Shown here: piece after piece, positions 1-9,183 of the stretch
Position numbering within the stretch: position 1 is the stretch's first letter
Layout: each line of letters opens with the position of its first letter
Virus record (IMG/VR): IMGVR_UViG_3300014204_000145
Span: 26,834 to 90,833 of that record
Strand: one strand, 5' to 3'
DNA: 64,000 nt
Source: a virus
Lineage: Duplodnaviria; Caudoviricetes
The notes under the pieces: generated by a model
Database searches by the model: none
Told to the model about the DNA's origin: nothing
What the model saw: only the letters and a program-made list of their open reading frames with translations
Position numbers and translations under genes: made by a program

Positions 1-1181
1 TGTTGTTTAGTACTGTCCTCAAGAGCACAAATATCAAAACCACACATAGTAAAATTATTATTCTTAACTTTTAAGCAATTCCTAATTTCTTTACCCCAAG
101 GTTTATCTACTCCTACTAAGTTACAAATCGGTTTACGATGTTGCCAACGAAGAGTATTAGTAAAACCTGATGCTAAAGAATAGACTTTCCAATCTTCATC
201 TACACATTCTATAAAACCTTCTAATAAGCCTAATCTATGTCTTAACATATATAAACTATCTAATTCTTCTAGAAAAGGATAATCATCAAACATATCCGTA
301 ATAGAAGAACAAAGACCTTGACCAAAAGGTAAAGATATTTGAGGTACTTTTTCTCCCTTTTCATTATCCTTAAAAGTAATTGGTGTCCAACCTAATGAAA
401 ATAACCATTCTTTTAATTGTACTGAAGAGTTAGGATTACCTAAAGTATAAATAGTATCAGAATCTTCTGATAGACCTAGTAATTTTAGCTCTTGTTGCCA
501 TCTTTCACCTACAACAGATAAGCTACCATCTTTCTTATAAAGTACCTTAGGAGCCTTCTTAAGCACCTTCTTAGGCATTACTTGTGAAAGCTTATTAAAT
601 TTACCTTCTAAAAGAGGTGTAATCTTACTTATAGTATCTAAACAAAGATTAATATCTAAGTCTATACCTATTTCTTCTCTGTCTCTTAAATTTTCTAATT
701 TAAAGTTGAGGTAATTAATAAGATGTTGGTAGTTTCCTTTATACAACTCATTCAAATAGTCTTTAAACTCTATATAAATTGTCTCATTTATTCTGACGTC
801 TTGTTCACATCTATGAATATAGTCTTCTAAAGGAAGTTCTGTCCAACTTGTAATAAGAGGTTTAGGAATACCTATTTCCTCTCCCCATTCTTCTAAACCA
901 TGTTTAATCTTTTGACAATGGAGATACCAAGATAAACCTATTGTATCTATTATATGCTTAGGTTGTTCTATTCCATATATTTTCTTTAATAAAGGAAAAT
1001 CAAAAGGTATAATATAATGACCTATAAAGATTGCATCTTGTTTAAAAAATTCTATAATTTGACTCTTTTCTGTTAAAGTCCCTCTCTCTGCTGAATTTAC
1101 AACTCTATATGAAAGACAGTAGATAGTTGAAGCAGATTTCAATAATCCATCTGCTTCAACATCAAATACTATCTCTTTCAT
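1..1181 (-). CDS. polA: DNA polymerase family A (T7-like), N-terminal part with 3'-5' exonuclease; runs off the left edge
   Basis: Not in the ORF track. Hand translation from ATG at 1181-1179: MKEIVFDVEADGLL (ExoI DxE), ...CEQDV (ExoIII), ...GFDICALED (motif A) near positions 15-41. Start overlaps the stop of the upstream gene (TAATG). Confidence 0.9.
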   Translation of the reverse strand, partial: MKEIVFDVEADGLLKSASTIYCLSYRVVNSAERGTLTEKSQIIEFFKQDAIFIGHYIIPFDFPLLKKIYGIEQPKHIIDTIGLSWYLHCQKIKHGLEEWGEEIGIPKPLITSWTELPLEDYIHRCEQDVRINETIYIEFKDYLNELYKGNYQHLINYLNFKLENLRDREEIGIDLDINLCLDTISKITPLLEGKFNKLSQVMPKKVLKKAPKVLYKKDGSLSVVGERWQQELKLLGLSEDSDTIYTLGNPNSSVQLKEWLFSLGWTPITFKDNEKGEKVPQISLPFGQGLCSSITDMFDDYPFLEELDSLYMLRHRLGLLEGFIECVDEDWKVYSLASGFTNTLRWQHRKPICNLVGVDKPWGKEIRNCLKVKNNNFTMCGFDICALEDSTKQ

Positions 1182-2308
1182 TATACTTCAATATATTCTG
1201 GTGTTTCAGAAAATTCTGCTGTACTTCCGTATATGACTTCTTCATAATCTTCATAAGCTGCATCCATTTCGTCTTCTTCAATAACATTAGCTATCCAAAG
1301 TTCATATAGAATACTTTCAGCTTCCCAAGGGTCTAATTCTGTCATAATATTATAAAAATCAGAAATAGACCTTATGTCATAGTCTTTAGCAAGACCTTCT
1401 GCTAAGTAAGTCTTATCCACTATTTTATGTTCATCTAAAGATTTTTCAAAAGGAGTTTTTTCTTTTTTAGAATCCCAACTTGAACCATATCCATAGTCTG
1501 AATACCAATCATCTTCATAAAGACCATCATATTTATTGTATTTGGTACTAGTACCAAAAGTAGGTACTGCATAAACTGGTTTTATGTAAGTAAAAGGATA
1601 AACATCTACTGCTGTTAATGCAATTTCAGTACAAAATTGAAGAGTTTCCTCTAATTCTTTTATACTAACCGTTTCCATATTGGTATGAGGATTATAATAT
1701 CCACAACTCATATTGAAACATGAAACACCTGCTTCTACATTAAATGCATCAGTAAAACCACCTACTACCTCTTTTCTACCATGTTTTACTAGGATATCTT
1801 GTATAGCATTTAAAAAGTCTGCTGAAACTCTTTTTTGACCTGCGTAACTTGAAGCAAAATCTTTTGCTCCTTTTCTATCTACAGAACCTATAAAACGACA
1901 GTCTGAAAAGAAATTCTCATCAAAGTAACTTGAACCTATTCCACCTGTTTCTTCACAAGAGAAAAATACAACTTTAATTGCAGGAATAGTTTCTAACAAC
2001 TTGATACACACGTAGATGCCCGATTTGTCATCTCCGCCCACACCTACTTGTTTTCCAAGGTTATCAAGAGCAAATAAACTATTATCTTTTTCATGAAGAT
2101 GATACCCATTACAGTAAGTATGTACAGTATCTAAATGACAACAAAACATCGGATATGTTTTACTTTGTCCTTTAATAACTGAGATATTACCAAAATCATC
2201 TATATTATAGGGTAGCCCCATTTTAGTAAGTGTCTCTGTTATAAACAAAGCCATTTTTGTTTCATTACCTGTTGAGGCAATTTGAAACACATCTTTCATT
2301 TTTATCAT
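1181..2308 (-). CDS. M20/M28-family zinc peptidase with acidic C-terminal extension
   Basis: HLDTV, GGDDKSG, FSCEETGGIGS and YYNPHT metal-binding motifs. Confidence 0.8.
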   Translation of the reverse strand: MIKMKDVFQIASTGNETKMALFITETLTKMGLPYNIDDFGNISVIKGQSKTYPMFCCHLDTVHTYCNGYHLHEKDNSLFALDNLGKQVGVGGDDKSGIYVCIKLLETIPAIKVVFFSCEETGGIGSSYFDENFFSDCRFIGSVDRKGAKDFASSYAGQKRVSADFLNAIQDILVKHGRKEVVGGFTDAFNVEAGVSCFNMSCGYYNPHTNMETVSIKELEETLQFCTEIALTAVDVYPFTYIKPVYAVPTFGTSTKYNKYDGLYEDDWYSDYGYGSSWDSKKEKTPFEKSLDEHKIVDKTYLAEGLAKDYDIRSISDFYNIMTELDPWEAESILYELWIANVIEEDEMDAAYEDYEEVIYGSTAEFSETPEYIEV

Positions 2309-3820
2309 TTATTCTTCTTTTAAAATTAATTCTTCTTTTTCTACTTGTTCTTCTTCTTGTGCAGTATAACAACTTGGACATAGAGTAAAGTCTCCTGAGA
2401 CTTTTTCTGAATTTGTGTACTCTCCACATAAATCGCAAAGTATTAAACCGTCTTTACAATCATCACAACATGCTAATCTTTCACCATCTAAAACTATAAC
2501 TGTTACTTCCCTCTTTTTATGATAAGTATCGCATACGTCACAGTAGAAGTAGTCCTCTTCTAAACATTTGTTACATACGTAATCACCTGAAGCTACTTCA
2601 TTTGAACTTTTAGACCAAGTACCACAATCAACACACTCATAATAACCTGCTCTTTCAGCACATCCAGAACTGCAATATACATTATTGTCTATATAAATAG
2701 AATCTTTTTTATCATGCCATTCATCACACCTATCACAAGTATTAAATCTTTCATCTCTGCACTCAATACAATACCAAGCATCATTTACCCAACAACCGTC
2801 GTCTTCATCATAGTAATCTCCACAATCATCGCAACACATTCTATTATCTTCTTCATCTTCACCATGTATATTACCACAACATTCATGAAGAATATAACTG
2901 TCATAACTATCATCCGTAGTTAAGGTGTCATCATCATTAAAATAATATAAAGTATCTGCATAAGGTACACCTGTATTTGTTATAAATTCTGCAGCTTCTT
3001 TAGAAAGGTTTTTATAGATATCTTCCCCTATTTTTTCACCTGTTGGAGATAAAACTGAATCTGAAGAGAAGTTTCTGTGTAACCAACCTTTACTTTTAGC
3101 CACTTCTTGTAGTTGTAAATTAACTGTTTCTGTGCCATATATTCTATCTAAGAAAGTAAAGCGTTCTAAACTTTCATCACCATCATCATAAGTTTTTGTT
3201 ACATCTTCCCATAATAAAGCTCTAAACAGCAGGTGCCCATTTTCATCAACACCATAAACGATTTTACAAAGAAAATCATAAAGGGCAGAATAGTTTCTAC
3301 ATCCATAAGAGCTTTCTTTTCTCATACAAGAATTTTTTAAATATTCTCCTGCTTTATCTGAAGTAGGTAATGCATATATCTTAGAAGGTGATGTACTTAT
3401 TTGATATTCTAATTCAGTATTAAGAGCTTGAATTGTATAATTAAAATGTTCTATTAAAGCATTAATCCAAACTTCTCGTTCAATATCATGCCAATGTGCA
3501 TCAGAACTACAAAACAATTCTTGTATCAGCATTATAAATTTACCTGCTTTCATAGAAGACCTACCCTCTCTTACCCACTTACCTTGGTCATTTATAGGTT
3601 GTTCTCCTTTTTTAGTGTCCCAATACGTTATATTATTCTGTTTGTTTACACAAAAATAATTAAATTGTGTATTTATATCAATATTAACAGCATATTCTGT
3701 ACACTGTGCATCTAAACAAGAAAAGGTATTGTTTAGGTCAATATCTATATGTACTCCTTTAACGATAAGTCGTATATTTTTAAACATACTGTAAACTTTA
3801 TGACTTACTACTATTTGCAT
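2309..3820 (-). CDS. Hypothetical protein with C-terminal array of about ten CxxC zinc-ribbon knuckles
   Basis: CDDC, CIEC, CDRC, CSSGC, CVDC, CNKC, CDVC, CDDC, CDLC, CPSC; N-terminal domain with SCMR...RALLW...DRIY. Confidence 0.7.
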   Translation of the reverse strand: MQIVVSHKVYSMFKNIRLIVKGVHIDIDLNNTFSCLDAQCTEYAVNIDINTQFNYFCVNKQNNITYWDTKKGEQPINDQGKWVREGRSSMKAGKFIMLIQELFCSSDAHWHDIEREVWINALIEHFNYTIQALNTELEYQISTSPSKIYALPTSDKAGEYLKNSCMRKESSYGCRNYSALYDFLCKIVYGVDENGHLLFRALLWEDVTKTYDDGDESLERFTFLDRIYGTETVNLQLQEVAKSKGWLHRNFSSDSVLSPTGEKIGEDIYKNLSKEAAEFITNTGVPYADTLYYFNDDDTLTTDDSYDSYILHECCGNIHGEDEEDNRMCCDDCGDYYDEDDGCWVNDAWYCIECRDERFNTCDRCDEWHDKKDSIYIDNNVYCSSGCAERAGYYECVDCGTWSKSSNEVASGDYVCNKCLEEDYFYCDVCDTYHKKREVTVIVLDGERLACCDDCKDGLILCDLCGEYTNSEKVSGDFTLCPSCYTAQEEEQVEKEELILKEE

Positions 3821-4133
3821 CTTTTAAAATTTTTAATTCTTCAATATTATATACTACTTTAATTCCTTTTTCTAATGCATGAGCAACTTCTATATCAGCT
3901 CCTGCAGATTCACCTGGTAATCTTAATAAAATATCACACATTTCTAACCACTGTAAGTCATATTGCATCCATACTTCCCAAGATTTAGGAGATAAAAGAT
4001 GTTGAAAAGCAACAAGTAGAGGTGCAAAAGGTGTAAATCCCAATTCAAGGATTTCATCAAATGTCGTCATTTGCGTTCGGACATTATCTATTTGGTCTCC
4101 TATGGTATAAGGAGATGCAATATAAACTTTCAT
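3798..4133 (-). CDS. Nucleoside 2-deoxyribosyltransferase-like (DUF4406/DUF1937-type) protein
   Basis: KVYIASPY...WLEMCDILLRLPGESAGADIEVAHA pattern. Confidence 0.7.
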   Translation of the reverse strand: MKVYIASPYTIGDQIDNVRTQMTTFDEILELGFTPFAPLLVAFQHLLSPKSWEVWMQYDLQWLEMCDILLRLPGESAGADIEVAHALEKGIKVVYNIEELKILKDANSSKS

Positions 4134-4147
4134 AAATTTTTATGTTA

Positions 4148-4435
4148 TTAGTTTTTAAATATGCTTCGGGGTGAAGCTCCTAAATGGTAATTGTAAGAAA
4201 TAAACTGTTTATCTAATTTAGATGTGATTTTATATTTCTTATAAACTTCTTGTATAATCTCATCTGCTATGCTATTATCTAATACATATGCATCATAATC
4301 AATATGCTTCATACCTTTATCATCAATAAAAGCTTCTTCTAATAATTTGTCAAAATCAGCAGAAGGGGTAGCTCTTAAATAAGCTTGTTGAAAAACTTCA
4401 TGCAAAGCTTTATTCTTTTTATCTAGTTTCTTCAT
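4148..4435 (-). CDS. Hypothetical protein
   Basis: 95-aa ORF in co-directional operon. Confidence 0.6.
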   Translation of the reverse strand: MKKLDKKNKALHEVFQQAYLRATPSADFDKLLEEAFIDDKGMKHIDYDAYVLDNSIADEIIQEVYKKYKITSKLDKQFISYNYHLGASPRSIFKN

Positions 4436-4685
4436 AACCTATTTTATCAATTATTTTATACCATTGTTGTCTATCACAATCATCACCTAAATTCCCAAAC
4501 ATTCTTTCATGTTCTAATATTTCTCTGCCAATTTGCTTTCGACTATGTGAATCTAAAGTATTCCAATTAGACAGAATTTCTGACACAGCATGTGATGCCA
4601 TATAAGTCTTTCTGCCTAAGGAATATCTAAAAATACACATTAAAGCCAACCATTTATCGCTGATTTTAATATCATCTCTGTTCAT
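4419..4685 (-). CDS. Hypothetical protein
   Basis: 88-aa ORF overlapping the next gene's start. Confidence 0.6.
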   Translation of the reverse strand: MNRDDIKISDKWLALMCIFRYSLGRKTYMASHAVSEILSNWNTLDSHSRKQIGREILEHERMFGNLGDDCDRQQWYKIIDKIGYEETR

Positions 4686-4691
4686 AATTTG

Positions 4692-5522
4692 TTAAAATAA
4701 AATATGATTTACTTTATTACATTTTAATTTTTCATTGTGTGTATCTTCGATAAAATGTAATTCAACTATACCTGAAGCTCTATTACCTTTATTAGTTTCA
4801 AAATGAAAACCATTACGTTTACCTTGAGTTTCTTGTTTAGCTGCAATATTTTGGATATACCACTTATTTCTTTGTTCAAGAGTATTATTTTGACATAATA
4901 CTTCGTGTCTAACAGGATGGATAAAACCATCATGAGTATGTTCTGTAATCCAAATATCTGCTGATGGATATGTAGCTTTTGAAATATCAATACCAAGAGA
5001 ACCTTTACTTCTAGTTCCCATAGAAAAAGGACTGTGACAAAAATGAATTACAAGTCTTGTTCTTTTATTTCTTAATCCTACTGGAGTATTTAAAATAATA
5101 TAACCTGTATATTCATGTATAGGCACATCTACACCACAAATAAGAGCTAATAAATCTATGTTATGATGTTTGACTATAGAATTATCATGATTACCTCTAT
5201 TCCAACTAATTATTCTATCTTTATAAGGTAAGATTATATCTTTTCTACTGTCTTCTATTACTTTGTTCGCATAATCGCTGCTATTGAATTTTTCTAATGT
5301 AGCCGTTTTACTTCCTCTTTTGTCATTAACAAATTGCATAACATCAATTGAATCTCCTCCTATTACTATATAAGCATTGGGGTTGTCATCAAGATATTTT
5401 TTTACATGTTTCCACATAGAAAACTCAGAGTCTTTATGTAAATCTGAAATCCAAACTATTGAAAAGTTCTTCTGTTCAATTTTTACTTCTAAGACTTCAT
5501 CAGATAATCTTTTTGTTATCAT
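4692..5522 (-). CDS. Calcineurin-like metallophosphoesterase
   Basis: ISDLH, GGDSID, RGNHD, HTH motifs. Start MITKRLS at 5522 preferred over the ORF track's 5627. Confidence 0.8.
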   Translation of the reverse strand: MITKRLSDEVLEVKIEQKNFSIVWISDLHKDSEFSMWKHVKKYLDDNPNAYIVIGGDSIDVMQFVNDKRGSKTATLEKFNSSDYANKVIEDSRKDIILPYKDRIISWNRGNHDNSIVKHHNIDLLALICGVDVPIHEYTGYIILNTPVGLRNKRTRLVIHFCHSPFSMGTRSKGSLGIDISKATYPSADIWITEHTHDGFIHPVRHEVLCQNNTLEQRNKWYIQNIAAKQETQGKRNGFHFETNKGNRASGIVELHFIEDTHNEKLKCNKVNHILF

Positions 5523-5855
5523 AATTAAAATATTAAAGGTTTTAAAAAGAGTAGTATACTCCCATAAGAATTTTATTTTCTGTAAAAGTATACTATTTCT
5601 TTTTAAAATCAAAATGTTATATGCCAAAACATATAATTTACCTTAAAATCACATTATTATATGTAAACACATATAATGCGGACTATTTTGAACATTATGC
5701 ATAGGTTTTGTGCATTATAATACACATTTTAGTATGATTTCTCATGCATTAAAGCATAAAATAACACTTAGTGCATTATATCTCATTCATTTTTAGTTAG
5801 TTGTATTGTTTTTGTGGGTACAAATATATAACTTAGCAACGAGTTAGCAAATATA

Positions 5856-6107
5856 CTATAAGACACTTACGTCTTTGTTTTTCGCTTTTACGTGTTGTTT
5901 TATTTTCGTGAATAGTTTTGTATATGCTTTTGATGTTTGAGCATCATTTAAAATATTGTCAAACATTAATTGAACTATTGCATTTCTCGATTTTTCAAAG
6001 TCTTTTACTTTTTCTTTTGAGAAATTTAGTTTTTGGTCTTTAAGTTGTTTCCCTATTGTTGGAGCTAAACAACTAAAATGTATTCCGAATGTCTTTTTTT
6101 GTTCCAT
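5856..6107 (-). CDS. Hypothetical protein in cassette-like unit 2
   Basis: 83-aa ORF, TAG stop, bracketed by GTTAACAAAT upstream and ATTTGCTAAC downstream (minus strand). Confidence 0.65.
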   Translation of the reverse strand: MEQKKTFGIHFSCLAPTIGKQLKDQKLNFSKEKVKDFEKSRNAIVQLMFDNILNDAQTSKAYTKLFTKIKQHVKAKNKDVSVL

Positions 6108-6140
6108 AATATTGTATTTATTAGATTAATTACTAAGTAC

Positions 6141-6235
6141 ATTTGTTAACAATTTGTAAAAAACAAAGCTGGATAGCTCTATAAAACTTGATAAGTAACG
6201 GTTAGCTTCGTTTCTTACAAGTCAACGTTACCTGC
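6141..6235 (-). other. attC-like recombination site (site 2)
   Basis: GCAGGTAAC-N6-TTGTAAGAAACGAAGCT...AGCTTTGTTTTTTACAA-N3-GTTAACAAAT; 17-bp stem with two G-T pairs; 95 bp total. Confidence 0.6.
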
Positions 6236-6239
6236 AATG

Positions 6240-6518
6240 CTAATCGACAATGTAGTCGTAAATTTTAGGATTAGCACATTTACCTTCAAGTAATTCACAG
6301 CTTGTAGGCGTGATTATTGCTGTTACGTGCGGGTGTTCATTTTCACACAACCATTTTATCAAAGGTCTTGCCGCTTTCTCAAAGGGTATTAAATGGTCTT
6401 TCTCTTTGTTGTCAATCCCGTTTCCTTCATAAAATTTACAATGAGGATAACCTCTTTCTTTGCAAGAATTCATAATTGTGCAAGTTTCTTTTTTCAAGCA
6501 ATTACTGCATTTTTTCAT
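6240..6518 (-). CDS. Hypothetical protein in cassette-like unit 1 (Cys-rich N-terminus)
   Basis: 92-aa ORF, TAG stop, bracketed by ATTACCTGC upstream and GCAGGTAAC downstream. Confidence 0.65.
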   Translation of the reverse strand: MKKCSNCLKKETCTIMNSCKERGYPHCKFYEGNGIDNKEKDHLIPFEKAARPLIKWLCENEHPHVTAIITPTSCELLEGKCANPKIYDYIVD

Positions 6519-6556
6519 TTTTATATTTGTTTTAAAATTAATACTAATAAAGCCAA

Positions 6557-6620
6557 GCAGGTAATACCTTGTATGTAAAATTCCGCTACGTTACACTTTA
6601 CATACAATCGTTCGTTATAT
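6557..6620 (-). other. attC-like recombination site (site 1)
   Basis: ATATAAC-N6-TTGTATGTAAA...TTTACATACAA-N3-ATTACCTGC; perfect 11-bp stem, same geometry as site 2. Confidence 0.55.
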
Positions 6621-6677
6621 TTCACACCACTAAGATACAAAACATTTAACAATATCAACTATTCTGATAACAGTATA

Positions 6678-6932
6678 TTATAACTCATCAATTAGTAAAA
6701 ATTTCTTTTTACTCCAAACACAATCATAATATCTTCCATTTTTACACATAAAAATCCTATAAAGATTTTTAGCTACTTTTTCTTGTGATAATACTATATA
6801 ATCACAAGTGTCAGTATGTAGTGTTCTTGCCTCTTTATTATAATATGTTCCATTATCTTTGATATTTTGGGACATACTTTGTAAAGAAACTAGCATTAAT
6901 ACTAATATTAATATAATATACTTTTTCATCAA
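6678..6932 (-). CDS. Secreted/membrane hypothetical protein
   Basis: N-terminal signal-like KKYIILILVLMLVSLQSMS. Confidence 0.6.
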   Translation of the reverse strand: MMKKYIILILVLMLVSLQSMSQNIKDNGTYYNKEARTLHTDTCDYIVLSQEKVAKNLYRIFMCKNGRYYDCVWSKKKFLLIDEL

Positions 6933-7180
6933 TCAAATTCAGCTAAAGTTTTCTCTCTGTTTTGAAGGACACAAGCCAGTGCAGATATAACATCACAAGG
7001 ATAGTTTCTAATCTTACCATTGACAATCATACAAGTATTACAACCCATAGCATCATTAAATTTAGCCTTAGTCACTTTAGGAAATAACTTTATCAATTGA
7101 ATTAATTCTTCTTCAGTAAATCCCCATTCAGATTCTCTAGGAAATGCTGAAACTACCTTTTCAATATCTATTGTTTGCAT
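6929..7180 (-). CDS. Hypothetical protein
   Basis: 83-aa ORF with 4-bp overlap to neighbour. Confidence 0.6.
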   Translation of the reverse strand: MQTIDIEKVVSAFPRESEWGFTEEELIQLIKLFPKVTKAKFNDAMGCNTCMIVNGKIRNYPCDVISALACVLQNREKTLAEFD

Positions 7181-7365
7181 ACTGTATGTTTATAACGTAC
7201 ACTTCTAATACCTAAAGTAATAATACTTAGGATAATACTAACTACAGAGATTTTAGGAGTTTCTAAAACTGTGAAGTTCCCTTTCTTTGTTTTAAGTAAT
7301 GAAAATCTACTATGAGATTTTTTGTGATAAATAACCTTAAAAGGTTTTTTTGCTATTTTTACCAT
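7168..7365 (-). CDS. Hypothetical small protein
   Basis: 65-aa ORF overlapping both neighbours. Confidence 0.5.
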   Translation of the reverse strand: MVKIAKKPFKVIYHKKSHSRFSLLKTKKGNFTVLETPKISVVSIILSIITLGIRSVRYKHTVCKQ

Positions 7366-7754
7366 AATTCTATTATTTTTTTAAGTTCTGTTACTTGTTT
7401 TTCTATCTTACTATCTGTAATAATAAGATTAACTATACTCTGATAAGCTCTTACTACATAAGATTCTTTTACCTCTCCTATAATCTCTCCTATTTTATCA
7501 TCAGTATCATCAGTGTATTCTCTAGCTAAATAAATTAATATCATTCTTTTAGAAGAGATTACTCTAGACCTATTCTTCTCTAAGAAAAATTCAGGAGGTT
7601 GAGCATAATATTGACAACCTATTTCTAAGATATCTTTAGCCCAAATAGGTTTAGATTTATGTACTTGAAAAGGTATGTTTAATTTCAGAAATAAATCTAA
7701 GATAAAATCTTGTACCTCTCCTTGAGGTAATTTTACTACTGCTGTTAAATCCAT
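7359..7754 (-). CDS. DnaA domain IV-like helix-turn-helix protein
   Basis: KRMILIYLAREYTDDTDDKIGEIIG...VVRAYQSI resembles the DnaA C-terminal signature; no AAA+ domain. Confidence 0.55.
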   Translation of the reverse strand: MDLTAVVKLPQGEVQDFILDLFLKLNIPFQVHKSKPIWAKDILEIGCQYYAQPPEFFLEKNRSRVISSKRMILIYLAREYTDDTDDKIGEIIGEVKESYVVRAYQSIVNLIITDSKIEKQVTELKKIIELW

Positions 7755-8069
7755 TTAAGCAATTAACAAGAAATCTTCCATAGTCATTATACCTTCAGCA
7801 CCATCATACTCTGTAATTTTAAAAGCCGTACCAACAGTTATCCAACGAATTACTAAATCACAAGCACCTCCACAATAGATATCTTCAATTCCTAAGTTTT
7901 CTTTTACCCAATCTTCATCAATGTCTTCTTGTCTGTTTTGCTCAACCATTTCTACTAATTTTGGGTTAAATAGTAGTTCTGGGTACTCTGTATTCCATGA
8001 ATACCATCCTGCACCAAACCCTTGTGAAATAAGCACAGCTACTTCACCATTTCTAATTACTTTTTCCAT
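7755..8069 (-). CDS. Conserved phage hypothetical protein
   Basis: VAVLISQGFGAGWYSWN...ITEYDGAE pattern familiar from phage hypotheticals. Confidence 0.65.
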   Translation of the reverse strand: MEKVIRNGEVAVLISQGFGAGWYSWNTEYPELLFNPKLVEMVEQNRQEDIDEDWVKENLGIEDIYCGGACDLVIRWITVGTAFKITEYDGAEGIMTMEDFLLIA

Positions 8070-8232
8070 ATTATTTATTTTTCTTTACTTTAGTATAAAC
8101 TTTAGTTCTTGATTTACAATTTATAAAATCATTCCACCTTTCATTTTTCTTACAAACTCTGTTGAAATATTCTGTACCGTCATCAAATTTTGCATTGAAT
8201 AAATCACCTTCTCTTATAGTGTCATCCATATT

Positions 8233-8409
8233 TTAATCTTGAAAATGTTTAATAATAGGTTCATAATCATCGTCTTCTTTATTATCTTTCCATCTTGAAA
8301 ATAACGAAAAATCTTCTTCGTCTTCATCTTCTTTCCAATGTGAAAATATATTTATTGGTTCAAAGTCGTCTTCTGAATCTTCAAGCCAATTTTTACCAAA
8401 CATTGCCAT
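8233..8409 (-). CDS. 58-aa highly acidic mini-protein
   Basis: Hand-translated: MAMFGKNWLEDSEDDFEPINIFSHWKEDEDEEDFSLFSRWKDNKEDDDYEPIIKHFQD. Confidence 0.55.
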   Translation of the reverse strand: MAMFGKNWLEDSEDDFEPINIFSHWKEDEDEEDFSLFSRWKDNKEDDDYEPIIKHFQD

Positions 8410-8553
8410 AATTCTATTTTAAATTAAAATACTCACCACACTCATTACATAAAATATCTAAAACAGGTAAATCAGGTTGAGTGTAATCATAATTAATATG
8501 TAAATTTTCTTTTTCACCACATTTAGGGCAAATGATTTCATCTTCTTCCATAG

Positions 8554-9183
8554 CTAAGGTTCTAAAAATTTTTGTGTTATAACTGTTTTAACTTCTTCAT
8601 AAGAATAGGGTGTAGGATTAAAGAAACCATCTTTTGTTCTTGTATCAACTCCAACATCTATTGCATTCCATGAGGGATGTTTATAAGAATTATGACAGTG
8701 TCCATATAGATGAAAACTGCCTCTTTCTTTACCTGCCCATGAAGCCATAGGGAAATGACACATTACAATATCTTGTTCTGCACCTTTAGCATCTTCATCA
8801 TAAACTTTTATCTCTAATATATCACAAGTTTCTAAAGGAGAAGCTTTAGCTGTATTATTTTTAATAAAACATTTATCATGATTACCTCTTATATGGTATA
8901 TTTGACCATTAAGTTGGTCTATGATTTGTTGATATTTATGAGGAGAGTCACTCCATATAAAGTCTCCTAGCATAAATACAGCATCTCCATCACTCACTGC
9001 ATCATTCCAACATCTTATCATTAAACTATTCATATCTTCAGTTGTAAGGTGTTTAGGCTTTTTAGAACCTAAATCCTTATAACTAAAGTATCTCTTAGCA
9101 TAATCCAAAATATTTGCGTGGTGAAAATGTGGGTCGGACAGAAAAAATATTCTATCTTTATTAAAAGGTGTTTTTATTCTCAT
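8554..9183 (-). CDS. Calcineurin-like metallophosphoesterase
   Basis: LSDPHFHH, LGDF, RGNHD, LYGHCH motifs. Confidence 0.85.
   Translation of the reverse strand: MRIKTPFNKDRIFFLSDPHFHHANILDYAKRYFSYKDLGSKKPKHLTTEDMNSLMIRCWNDAVSDGDAVFMLGDFIWSDSPHKYQQIIDQLNGQIYHIRGNHDKCFIKNNTAKASPLETCDILEIKVYDEDAKGAEQDIVMCHFPMASWAGKERGSFHLYGHCHNSYKHPSWNAIDVGVDTRTKDGFFNPTPYSYEEVKTVITQKFLEP

Noticed and set aside
5640-5810. Repeated GTGCATTATA (5710-5719, 5771-5780) and ATAATG-like words
   Set aside because: Only two exact short copies in AT-rich DNA; insufficient to call an array or operator.
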